Shown here piece by piece: positions 8,862 through 16,803 of a DNA stretch of 46,959 bases. Each line of letters begins with the position of its first letter. The stretch's first letter is position 1. Made by a program: the position numbers and the translations under genes. The notes beneath the pieces were generated by a model. The model saw nothing but the letters and a program-made list of their open reading frames with translations. It did no database searches and was not told where the DNA came from. This DNA is from an uncultured Candidatus Saccharibacteria bacterium (GTDB lineage: Bacteria > Patescibacteriota > Minisyncoccia > Phycocordibacterales > SBAW01). The stretch covers positions 1 through 46,959 of the forward strand of contig CAZRJD010000001.1 of NCBI GenBank assembly GCA_964600495.1, read 5' to 3'.

Positions 8862-10636
8862 CAGCGAGATTGAGGATCCATGTGTCGCAAGAGATAAGAA
8901 TCGGGGTTTTGCATCAACTCCTGCGGAGTGCCTCTTTCAGCAATACGTCCATTCTCAAGCACCAGAATGGTATCGGCATTTTCTACGGTAGTAAGGCGGT
9001 GCGCGATTATAAATACCGTTACGCTTCCATGAAGCCCCCGGATGGCTCCTTGGATAAGCCGCTCCGATTCCGCATCAAGCGCGCTTGTCGCCTCGTCCAA
9101 GACCAAGAGGTTTGGCTTCCCGGCAAGCGCACGCGCCAAGGCGACCCGCTGACGCTGTCCACCGGAGAGCATCACACCCCGGTCGCCCACGTGCGTATCG
9201 AATCCCTCCGGCAATGACATAATAAAATCATAGATGTTCGCTTGCCTGGCAGCGGCGGTGATTTCATCCATAGAAAGCTCGGAGCGATAGAAACTGATAT
9301 TTTCCTTTATTGTGCCGTTGAACATAAAGACATCCTGAGAGACGTACCCGATGCATGAGCGCCACTGTACAAGATCGATCTCTTGCGCCGGCATGCCGTC
9401 AAGTGTCAGACGGCCTTCCGTAGGTTCGAATAACCGAAGCAATATATCCGCCAGAGAAGTCTTACCAGCACCAGAGGGACCGATAAGAGCGACCGTCTCG
9501 CCGCGGGCGATGGAAAAACTGATGTCGTGCAATACCGCCCCCCGCTCCTGGTACGAAAGCGAGACATTGTCAAAAACAATCTCTCTCTCAAACGCGAACG
9601 AACGTTCGTTGGTGCTCTTATTTTCCCGATGCTCTGCAAGAGTCCGCTTAAACCGCTCCAAGTCCTCGGCATAGGGCGCCGATTCGTTAACGGTGGTAAG
9701 AGCCGACTGACCTGACTCAAGGTAAGCGAAAATTTTCTGTATCAGATATAGGGCCGCCGCGAAGGATATCAGGTTAAAATCCGGCGACTTGTACATGACG
9801 GAGAAAAGTATCATGACAAAGACAAGGCTGAACGGTTGGAACAGACTTGCGCTGAGGGATTTCAGAAGCGTTATTTGTATCCGCAGCACTCGAAGGCGGT
9901 CAAAGAGCGAACGACCCTTTCGTATAGCCGGCTCTTCTTGAGCGAGCACTTTTACGGACTTCATGCCGATAATGTGTTCGCTTACAAACTGTGCGACGCC
10001 TCTCTCTACTGCGCCGAGTTCGCCTGCCTTGCGGCGCACGCGCAGGAGAAAGGGCCGTGTAACGCCGAGTAGTATTGTTCCACCAAGTGCGGTCACGAGC
10101 GTGAGAAGAGGCGATATGTTCACCGCAACGACCAGATATATCAGAAAACCCGTAAAAAACTGTATCGCGCGGCCAAGTGCTTCAAGCAGGTTCCCCGCGC
10201 GTTCAATGTCGCGCACCAGCCCACTATGCACAGTACCCAATTTCTGCCCGAGCAAAAAAGGCCAGGAAGCGCGCAGTGTCCGGCCAAGCGTATCGTTGCT
10301 CTCTTTATGCAAAAAATCGGCGACTATCCATCCGCGCAGGTATCCAAACAGTACCACCGCAACGGCGCGCAAAAGAAAAAGAAAAAGAACGAAAGCGAGC
10401 AAATAACGAAACTGGAAAGGAATATGCACTAAAGCAAAAAGGTTTTCTAAACCTTGAGTAATAAAGTCGGCAGGATGCCCGTCTCCCGTAAGAAAGGAAA
10501 ACAAAGGAATGACGGCATTTATGCCGATACCCTCAAGAAGCGCTCCGACAAGGCCAAGCACCACGAGCAGGGCCAGGTGTCTGCGATAGGCGCCGAACGT
10601 GCGTCGGATAACGGAAAATATATTAGGCGTATTCAT
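8861..10636 (-). CDS. ABC exporter, fused permease/ATPase half-transporter (MsbA/PglK-like)
   Basis: The 591-aa ORF has six N-terminal TM helices. It shows Walker A GPSGAGKTS, signature LSGGQRQRVALARAL, Walker B LLVLDEATSALD and the H-loop IIAHRL. Confidence 0.9.
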   Translation of the reverse strand: MNTPNIFSVIRRTFGAYRRHLALLVVLGLVGALLEGIGINAVIPLFSFLTGDGHPADFITQGLENLFALVHIPFQFRYLLAFVLFLFLLRAVAVVLFGYLRGWIVADFLHKESNDTLGRTLRASWPFLLGQKLGTVHSGLVRDIERAGNLLEALGRAIQFFTGFLIYLVVAVNISPLLTLVTALGGTILLGVTRPFLLRVRRKAGELGAVERGVAQFVSEHIIGMKSVKVLAQEEPAIRKGRSLFDRLRVLRIQITLLKSLSASLFQPFSLVFVMILFSVMYKSPDFNLISFAAALYLIQKIFAYLESGQSALTTVNESAPYAEDLERFKRTLAEHRENKSTNERSFAFEREIVFDNVSLSYQERGAVLHDISFSIARGETVALIGPSGAGKTSLADILLRLFEPTEGRLTLDGMPAQEIDLVQWRSCIGYVSQDVFMFNGTIKENISFYRSELSMDEITAAARQANIYDFIMSLPEGFDTHVGDRGVMLSGGQRQRVALARALAGKPNLLVLDEATSALDAESERLIQGAIRGLHGSVTVFIIAHRLTTVENADTILVLENGRIAERGTPQELMQNPDSYLLRHMDPQSR

Positions 10637-10720
10637 AAAAAGCCGTGCGCAGACGCACGCTTCCTATAATAAACTATTCTCAAGGGTAAAAGGACACATC
10701 TATACGTTTTAGAGCAGACG

Positions 10721-10731
10721 TGGTATATACT
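10721..10731 (+). promoter_or_regulatory. Extended -10-like element TGGTATATACT; TATACT ends 7 nt before the ATG (leaderless-type)
   Basis: TGgTATATACT lies at 10721-10731 and the ATG at 10739. No Shine-Dalgarno sequence lies between them. Confidence 0.4.
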
Positions 10732-10738
10732 CATCCTC

Positions 10739-11974
10739 ATGTTTACCATAGTTACCGTCTATAACAAAAAAGACTTTCTCGAGAGAGTACTACTTGATGC
10801 ATTAAAAAAACAGACGGCAGCGTTCGAATTGATCGCCATAGACAATACTGCCGGTAAATACGGATCCGCTGCGCAAGCATTTAACGCGGAAGTGAAAGAC
10901 CCTAAGGGAGACTATATTCTGTTCGTACATCAGGATGTCGACTTTGGCGACAACACCGAATGGCTGCACGAAGTCGAAAGGAGCATGGAAACTTTGAAAG
11001 ACCCCGGCGTTGTCGGTTTTGCCGGTTTTGACACGAAGGGCCACTTCCACGGATATATATCTTCATGCGGGCAAAAGCTTGGGAAAGAAGAACGTGCTGC
11101 GGTCGAAGTGCAAACGGTAGACGGGTTTTTGTTCATCATACCTAAAAAGGTATTCGAGGCCTTTACATTCGATGAGACAACGTTCGACGGATGGCATTTG
11201 TATAGCGACGACTACTCTCTGACCGTCCGCAAACACAAGTTCAAGACATATGTTGTCCCTCACTTTGTGTACCATCGGAGCTTTGCCGCAAACACCATCG
11301 GCATTGCAAAATATAAAAGACGTTTTTTCTTGAAACACGGCGGTATCACATTCACTTCGGTAGGAGTGATAAGCAAAAAGAACTTCATAAAAAGCTTTGT
11401 GGAACAGCTGGTCGAGCCCGTCTATAACTTCCTGTTCCCTGGCTGGATCTCATTGTTGCAAAAGGAGACAGCGGGCTTAAGCAGTGTCCTCGACCTTGCA
11501 TGCGGGTACAACTCGCCCATTCAGTATGTGAAGGTCCCCAAAAAAGTCGGGGTCGAAGCGAACGAAGATTATTTGGAAGAAACAAAAAAGAAGGCTATAC
11601 ACGCAGAATATATCAAAGGCGACATACGAACGGTTACCTTCCTACCCCGCTCGTTCGACGCAGTCTTTGTTTCAGAAACATTAGAAAACCTGAATGAAGG
11701 GAACCGTGTGACACTTTTAGACCGCATGGAAATCTGGGCAAAAAAGAAAGTCATCATTGTCACGGCTCACGGACACGAACAACTTAGTGACGAGCTTAAA
11801 CGCAAAGGATATCGGGTACACGGCATCGAGGGTTTTAAACTCCTGCGCAACAAGTCGGGCTACATTAAATACCGGCCGTGGTACCTGTTCGTATTGCTCT
11901 CGGCACTTTCGCAAAAGCTCGCTTACTTTATGCCTTCTGTGGCCTCAAGGATTTTTGCGGTCAAAGACATATAG
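10739..11974 (+). CDS. Two-domain protein: N-terminal GT-A (GT2-like) domain fused to a class I SAM methyltransferase domain
   Basis: The N-terminus reads FTIVTVYNKKDFLERVL...LIAIDNT...ILFVHQDVDF, which is GT2-like. The C-terminus reads VLDLACGYNSP...FDAVFVSETLENL, giving methyltransferase motifs I and post-II. Confidence 0.65.
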   Translation: MFTIVTVYNKKDFLERVLLDALKKQTAAFELIAIDNTAGKYGSAAQAFNAEVKDPKGDYILFVHQDVDFGDNTEWLHEVERSMETLKDPGVVGFAGFDTKGHFHGYISSCGQKLGKEERAAVEVQTVDGFLFIIPKKVFEAFTFDETTFDGWHLYSDDYSLTVRKHKFKTYVVPHFVYHRSFAANTIGIAKYKRRFFLKHGGITFTSVGVISKKNFIKSFVEQLVEPVYNFLFPGWISLLQKETAGLSSVLDLACGYNSPIQYVKVPKKVGVEANEDYLEETKKKAIHAEYIKGDIRTVTFLPRSFDAVFVSETLENLNEGNRVTLLDRMEIWAKKKVIIVTAHGHEQLSDELKRKGYRVHGIEGFKLLRNKSGYIKYRPWYLFVLLSALSQKLAYFMPSVASRIFAVKDI

Positions 11975-11980
11975 AGCAGG

Positions 11981-12880
11981 TTACTTTTTTCTGTATATAA
12001 CCGTATACGCAGCGCCGCGCTCCCACCATCGCTCAAACGGAAACAGCATTAAGCGCAAAGACCTCGCGACTATCTTTCTTGCTACGCTCCCTTCGCTCGA
12101 CGCTCTAAAAAGATGCACGGTCGACCTGAACCAGCCCATAGCGTTGAGGTTGAGCCCGTCGGGGTCTGTCGTTGTCTTATATACTAGCTCCATATCTACC
12201 TTCTTTAAAAAACTCCTCAGCAATGCAGGTGGGATGAGCTCGACATGCCGCGGAGCGTCAAGATGTACCCAGTATTTTTTAAAAAACCTGAATTGTATTG
12301 AATCCGGGTTTGGGGTTGATATAACGAGTACTCCGCCGGTTGCCAAATGGAGAGAACACTGCTTCAACACGGCCCATGGATCGGTAAAATGTTCAATACC
12401 GTGCCAAATTGCAATGGCATCGTACATTTTTTTATTTGCCGCCATTGTTTCTGTTATATCTTGCGTATTGATCGCAGAAACATCGGTAGTACTATTGATA
12501 AAATTGCAGCAGTTTTTGTCCATTTCAATCGCATCTACTCGGAAACCCGCCTGCTGTGCCCCGTATGCAAACGCGCCGAATGACGAGCCTATTTCAAGCA
12601 TGTTCCCCGTGTTTTTATACCGCCGTACAAGCTCAACGCGCCAATGCAATTTCTTCTCCAACCGAGCAAGCTCTTCCAGGGAATCGGGAATCCTGTATGC
12701 CTCATACCTGCCGGTGTGATAATAGTCCGACAGATTTTCCGGAATCGGATCTAAAAATATTAACCAGCAATTTGCACATCGGTAATAGTTGAATGTGGCG
12801 TCGTCTGTTTTTTGATTTAGATCCGTAGCCTGAAGATAAAATTGTGCCCTTGAGCTACAGTAGGAACATGTGGCGGTCAT
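11981..12880 (-). CDS. Class I SAM-dependent methyltransferase with an N-terminal Cys4 zinc-ribbon
   Basis: CSYCSS...YYRCANCWLIFLDP forms the zinc ribbon. MLEIGSSFGAFAYGA is motif I, followed by YDAIAIWHGIEHFTDP and GGVLVISTPN. Confidence 0.8.
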   Translation of the reverse strand: MTATCSYCSSRAQFYLQATDLNQKTDDATFNYYRCANCWLIFLDPIPENLSDYYHTGRYEAYRIPDSLEELARLEKKLHWRVELVRRYKNTGNMLEIGSSFGAFAYGAQQAGFRVDAIEMDKNCCNFINSTTDVSAINTQDITETMAANKKMYDAIAIWHGIEHFTDPWAVLKQCSLHLATGGVLVISTPNPDSIQFRFFKKYWVHLDAPRHVELIPPALLRSFLKKVDMELVYKTTTDPDGLNLNAMGWFRSTVHLFRASSEGSVARKIVARSLRLMLFPFERWWERGAAYTVIYRKK

Positions 12881-12909
12881 GTGTTTTTAAATTCACTCCA
12901 GTTATACCA

Positions 12910-12915
12910 TATAAT
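12910..12915 (+). promoter_or_regulatory. Consensus -10 hexamer TATAAT, 9 nt upstream of the ATG at 12925
   Basis: A perfect TATAAT sits in the 44-nt divergent spacer. The complementary strand carries TGGTATAAC (complement of 12901-12909) facing the 11981-12880 gene. Confidence 0.4.
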
Positions 12916-12924
12916 CAAGACTCT

Positions 12925-13575
12925 ATGACCCAAACCAGGTACGGACTCCTCCATATGCTCTCAAATATTTACCGGGGCCAGACGCCGGGGCGCATTTTGA
13001 TGAATATTGAGCTGTCGAACTATATGCTGAGGGGCAACGTAGTCGATATTGGTGGCGGCCATCGACCGGATTATTTTAACTATTTTCAACGAGAACCGGG
13101 AGCTGAAGTGACAGTGATAGACGGTTCTGTCCAAAAGATCGACTTTGAAAAAGGCAGGTTGCCGTTTGAGGACGGAACAATTGATACGGTCATTTTGTGC
13201 AATGTGCTCGAACATATGTATACCTACAAGCACCTTTTATCAGAAATAAACCGTATCATGGCTCCCGATGCACAACTTATAGGCTGGGTACCGTTTTGGT
13301 GCAATTATCATCCCGACCCGCACGACTACTTCCGCTACACGCACGAAGCGTTAGAAAAAATATTTGCAGAAAGCGAATTTTCAAACGTTGAAATAAAAAG
13401 GGTTGGAAGAAGCCCTGTATATGCGAATTTGGAAAATATAATACTTTCCGTCCCCCGTATCGTGCGGCCAATATTGTATGTGTGGTACGGCTTTTGGGAC
13501 AAAGTATTTTTGAAACTGCGCCCTGCGAGCGCACAGAGGTGCCCTTTAGGATTCCTGTTTGTCGGCCACAAATAA
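12925..13575 (+). CDS. Class I SAM-dependent methyltransferase (Methyltransf_11-like)
   Basis: Contains VVDIGGGHRPDYF, IDTVILCNVLEHM and APDAQLIGWVPF. The ORF-track start at 12844 would overlap the divergent gene, so the internal Met (MTQTRYG) at 12925 is preferred. Confidence 0.8.
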   Translation: MTQTRYGLLHMLSNIYRGQTPGRILMNIELSNYMLRGNVVDIGGGHRPDYFNYFQREPGAEVTVIDGSVQKIDFEKGRLPFEDGTIDTVILCNVLEHMYTYKHLLSEINRIMAPDAQLIGWVPFWCNYHPDPHDYFRYTHEALEKIFAESEFSNVEIKRVGRSPVYANLENIILSVPRIVRPILYVWYGFWDKVFLKLRPASAQRCPLGFLFVGHK

Positions 13576-14190
13576 ATTGTTGAGCCCGTAGACAAAGCGT
13601 TTGCGGCGGATATTTTTAAAACCCGCTTCTTGAAGGAGTTGGCGTACGTTGCCTGGCGCCATGCCCATGAGTTCATCACTGTGGTTAATGTACCGCTCGC
13701 GCTCATCCGGGTCGTGCGGTTTGCGCAGCCAATGGACGAACTGTCCTATCCGCGGAGTGATCATGGTGATAAGCACCTGCCCATTGGGACCCAGAACCCG
13801 GAACGCTTCTTTGAGGGCCGCATCGCGATTCGGGATATGATTGAGGCACGCAAGAAAGCTCACGGTATCGTAGGACTCATTTTTAAACGGAAGCTTCCCC
13901 GCATCTTCTATTACCATATCGCTCCCTGACCACGGCACCACGTCGACGCCAGTACCGTTGCCATAACTTCGCACCAAGTTGTTGGCGCCGCATCCGACAT
14001 CAAGCAGCCTCCCGCGAACATGTTTGAGCGCCTGTATTACACGCTCGTCATCAATTGGCGTAAGGCCAAGGCGCAGTGTTTGGTCGCGAGAAAGAAGTAC
14101 TAAAAGCGGAAATGCGAGGCGGCTCAGGAGAGTTTTAAGGAGGCTCGGGATCTTAACAATATCGGGCTTGAAATACAGCGTCTTTTCCAT
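13546..14190 (-). CDS. Class I SAM-dependent methyltransferase (Methyltransf_11-like)
   Basis: Contains LLDVGCGANNLV, YDTVSFLACLNHIPNRD and GPNGQVLITM. Start MEKTLYF at 14190 is preferred over 14280, which would run through the divergent gene. The 3' end overlaps the convergent gene by 30 nt. Confidence 0.8.
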   Translation of the reverse strand: MEKTLYFKPDIVKIPSLLKTLLSRLAFPLLVLLSRDQTLRLGLTPIDDERVIQALKHVRGRLLDVGCGANNLVRSYGNGTGVDVVPWSGSDMVIEDAGKLPFKNESYDTVSFLACLNHIPNRDAALKEAFRVLGPNGQVLITMITPRIGQFVHWLRKPHDPDERERYINHSDELMGMAPGNVRQLLQEAGFKNIRRKRFVYGLNNLFVADKQES

Positions 14191-14218
14191 GCGCAAAATA
14201 TAGCACGCGCGAAAAAGG

Positions 14219-14224
14219 TATACT
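14219..14224 (+). promoter_or_regulatory. -10-like hexamer TATACT, 6 nt upstream of the ATG at 14231 (leaderless-type)
   Basis: AGGTATACTactttcATG lies in a 40-nt divergent spacer. Confidence 0.35.
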
Positions 14225-14230
14225 ACTTTC

Positions 14231-14806
14231 ATGCTTGAATTGCCGTCGGAATTTATTTTATATGACTCCGAATACACCACTTGGGAAGGGGCTCAGGAGA
14301 GGAACTGGGGCGGCGAGGATGAGCACAGGGAGCTTGTACAGATAGGTGCTATACGGGTCGACGGGGCAACACTCACTGAAACAGAGAGCCTGCTTATTTT
14401 TGTAAAACCAAAGATAAATCCAGACCTTTCGGAGTACTTCACCAAACTCACCGGTATCACGCAAAAAGCAGTAGATACAGAAGGGACAGACTTCCCTTCC
14501 GCTATTTTGCAATTCAAAAAGTGGTGCGGAGAGCTCCCTATATATTCGTTCGGAATAGGTGACGGTGAGGTGGTAGAAGAAAACTGTAAACTGCTCAACA
14601 TCCCCTGCCCCTTCCCGCGCGATCAATTTAACGATGTGCGGAAGATCTTTGAGGCACACGGCATCCCCACCGAAAAATATTACTCGAGCACCATCGTACA
14701 AGCATTCGGCAAAACACCCGTGCGCATAGGCCACGATGCCTTAAACGACGCACGCACTATACTCGACGGTCTTATTGCACTAAAAGCCTCTTTGAAAACA
14801 AGTTAA
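14231..14806 (+). CDS. DEDDh-type 3'-5' exonuclease (DnaQ/KapD/ERI-1-like), stand-alone
   Basis: ILYDSEYTTWEG supplies the Exo I D.E motif, LVQIGAIRV follows it, and RIGHDALNDARTI supplies the Exo III H....D motif. The protein is 191 aa. Confidence 0.75.
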   Translation: MLELPSEFILYDSEYTTWEGAQERNWGGEDEHRELVQIGAIRVDGATLTETESLLIFVKPKINPDLSEYFTKLTGITQKAVDTEGTDFPSAILQFKKWCGELPIYSFGIGDGEVVEENCKLLNIPCPFPRDQFNDVRKIFEAHGIPTEKYYSSTIVQAFGKTPVRIGHDALNDARTILDGLIALKASLKTS

Positions 14807-15576
14807 TCCCACGTTTCTTTTCCTTCTCCTTTCAATTTTTCTATAACTTTTTCTGCGAGTGAAATTTCAAACGGCGAGTCGATGTCGATGTCGCGCCATT
14901 TTTCAAACGGGAGCGGGAGAATTTTTGAGCCGCTCATCGAGTGGAGCTCGGTTATGACTTCGGGCCGTATGACATCGACATAGCCGGAATGCCGCCAGAC
15001 TTTGGGGAGGAGCTGGCGGGGCATGTTGTATGCTTCGGGATATTTTTCAAACACATCGGGAAATACTTTCGGTAAAAGGGGTTGCAGGAAACCGCTCTCC
15101 TCGTCGAGCGTGTACATTTTAAACGGCGTGTGGAGCGGCTCGCATGTCGAGCGCACCGATTGCGCATCTGGGCGGGAAAGCAGGAGCTCCACCCCCTTGT
15201 CTATGTCTTCTGCTTTTTTAAGCGGAGTTGTGGGGCGCAAGTGTACGACGACATCAGGGACATAGTTTTCGCGAGCCTTAAGCTCGGAGAGTACGTGCTC
15301 AAAAACAGGGAGGTCTGGCGTCGTGTCCTGTGCAAGCTCTTTGGGGCGCATAAACGGCACTTCAACGCCATATGAGCGCGCAACCTCCGCCATTTCCTCG
15401 TCGTCGGTCGAAATGATAAGCCGCGTGATGGTCTTCGCATGTTTCGCCGCCTCTATTGTGTAATACATCAAAGGTTTCCCCGCGCATGGCGCAATGCTCT
15501 TTTTAGGAATGGATTTTGAACCCCCGCGGGCGAGAATAACTGCGAGCACTTCGGGCTTTTTTTGTGTCTCAGCCAT
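14803..15576 (-). CDS. Acylneuraminate cytidylyltransferase family (CMP-nonulosonate/ulosonate synthetase)
   Basis: VLAVILARGGSKSIPKKSIAPCAGKPLMYYTIEAA and LIISTDDEEMAEVA match the CTP_transf_3-type N-terminus. The 3' end overlaps the convergent exonuclease gene by 4 nt. Confidence 0.85.
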   Translation of the reverse strand: MAETQKKPEVLAVILARGGSKSIPKKSIAPCAGKPLMYYTIEAAKHAKTITRLIISTDDEEMAEVARSYGVEVPFMRPKELAQDTTPDLPVFEHVLSELKARENYVPDVVVHLRPTTPLKKAEDIDKGVELLLSRPDAQSVRSTCEPLHTPFKMYTLDEESGFLQPLLPKVFPDVFEKYPEAYNMPRQLLPKVWRHSGYVDVIRPEVITELHSMSGSKILPLPFEKWRDIDIDSPFEISLAEKVIEKLKGEGKETWD

Positions 15577-15590
15577 AATTAATTACTTTG

Positions 15591-15599
15591 GTTATACCA
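15591..15599 (-). promoter_or_regulatory. Extended -10-like element TGGTATAAC (reverse strand), 14 nt upstream of the cytidylyltransferase ATG
   Basis: The complement of GTTATACCA at 15591-15599 reads TGGTATAAC. The same 9-mer occurs on the reverse strand at 12901-12909. Confidence 0.35.
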
Positions 15600-15610
15600 C
15601 ATATGTAAAA

Positions 15611-15650
15611 TATAAAAAGAAGCGCGCCCGGGGCAAAAGTCCCGGACGCT
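15611..15650 (-). terminator. Intrinsic terminator downstream of the EamA gene
   Basis: On the minus strand, GCGTCCGGG / CCCGGGCGC form a 9-bp stem with one mismatch and an 8-nt loop. The stem is followed by CTTCTTTTTATATTTT. Confidence 0.5.
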
Positions 15651-15661
15651 TGATTGTCTCC

Positions 15662-16684
15662 TCATGACCTGCCAAGCAGGTATTCGATGTAGGCGTCGAG
15701 CGAATCGAGCATGACCGCTGGCGCAGGATCATAGGCGACCAAGATCGCTCCTGCCACGATGACGGTTGCGAAAAAGATACGCCGCCGACCCGACTTCTCT
15801 CCAAAGAGCACCACCCCGCCCACAACGGTGAGCACGATCGCTAGGCGCTTGAGCGCCCCGATGTCAGCAATCGGCGCAAGCCGGAACGCAACACCGAGAA
15901 GTACGAACGGGATGGCAAATATTGCTCCAAGTAAAATGAGATGCCATCGGTAGGCGTCGAGCCGCTCCCACAGAGGAGTGAACTCCCCCTCGTCCTTCGC
16001 CAGATTGGGAAGAAAGAGTGCGTACACTCCCGCAAATACAGCGAGCTGGATTGTAACGGCGAGAATCATGTCGCCATGTCGCGAGTAGATGCCGTCTCCC
16101 ATGAGGCCGACTGTGGAGCACACAGCGCCGATATACGCCCACCGCAATGCCCGCCACTTGTTCGCTTCTTCCTTCGTCATTCCCTCGAGCCTGCGGAACG
16201 CAAGCCAGAAAAAAAGCGGAACGAAGTATTCGCGCAGCTTTGTACCTTCGCGAATATGGGCGTAGGTCCCGCCCATGATGAGGACGATACCTACAAGCCC
16301 GATCGTCGTAGGCGACTCTCCGATAAGCAGAGCACTGAGGACAACAAGTCCCGGTGTCATTGCACTTATCGGCGAGATGAACGAGGCATCGGCGAGCCGG
16401 AACGAACGCATGTTGGCAAACTGGATCACAATTCCCACCAGTGTTGTAGCACCGAGTGCGATCCACCATATCGCTGTATCCGGCTTCTCGGGGGCAAGTG
16501 TATTCCACCACCCGCCCACCAAAAAAAGCCAGAGTCCGCAGACAACAGCCGCGAACGTACACTGACCGACCAGAAGTTCCCGCTCGGTGAAATACTTCTT
16601 GTTAAGCAGGAACTTCCGATAGAGGTTGTAGACCGCGATCCCCAGCGTTGCCGCAAGGGTAACCGACAGAGCCAAGAACTCCAT
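15662..16684 (-). CDS. EamA/DMT-superfamily membrane transporter
   Basis: The 340-aa ORF has about 10 TM helices arranged as two EamA-like halves. Its leader carries the SD-like sequence AAAGGCAAGGG. Confidence 0.75.
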   Translation of the reverse strand: MEFLALSVTLAATLGIAVYNLYRKFLLNKKYFTERELLVGQCTFAAVVCGLWLFLVGGWWNTLAPEKPDTAIWWIALGATTLVGIVIQFANMRSFRLADASFISPISAMTPGLVVLSALLIGESPTTIGLVGIVLIMGGTYAHIREGTKLREYFVPLFFWLAFRRLEGMTKEEANKWRALRWAYIGAVCSTVGLMGDGIYSRHGDMILAVTIQLAVFAGVYALFLPNLAKDEGEFTPLWERLDAYRWHLILLGAIFAIPFVLLGVAFRLAPIADIGALKRLAIVLTVVGGVVLFGEKSGRRRIFFATVIVAGAILVAYDPAPAVMLDSLDAYIEYLLGRS

Positions 16685-16725
16685 GACCCTTGCCTTTCTG
16701 TTGAAGTTGCACCTATTACTACAAT

Positions 16726-16753
16726 AACATAAAAAAATATTTAATCAAGTCAA
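16726..16753 (-). promoter_or_regulatory. Sigma70-like promoter TTGACT-16 nt-TATGTT for the EamA gene
   Basis: On the reverse strand, TTGACT is the complement of 16748-16753 and TATGTT the complement of 16726-16731. A 41-nt leader with an SD follows. Confidence 0.45.
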
Positions 16754-16778
16754 CAAAAAAGAGCAACCTCAGCCGCTC
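16754..16778 (-). terminator. Possible weak intrinsic terminator after the HAD phosphatase gene
   Basis: The minus strand reads GAGCGGCTGAGGTTGCTC followed by TTTTTTGTT. The stem is short, so this call is weak. Confidence 0.3.
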
Positions 16779-16803
16779 TTTAGGATCTTTCTCTATTGCG
16801 ATG

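Noticed and set aside
11757-12719. 320-aa ORF on the + strand, the longest ORF without an assigned function
   Set aside because: It lies entirely antisense to the 11981-12880 methyltransferase, whose frame carries clear zinc-ribbon and SAM-binding motifs. The + frame product is Ser/Cys/Leu-rich with no recognisable motif and would overlap the end of the upstream + gene. I treat it as a shadow ORF.
15864-16732. Two long overlapping ORFs (232 aa minus, 263 aa plus) inside the EamA gene region
   Set aside because: Both are Arg/Cys/Pro-rich translations of alternative frames of a ~60% GC membrane-protein gene. The EamA frame gives ten regular hydrophobic helices. Long stop-free alternative frames are expected at this GC content.
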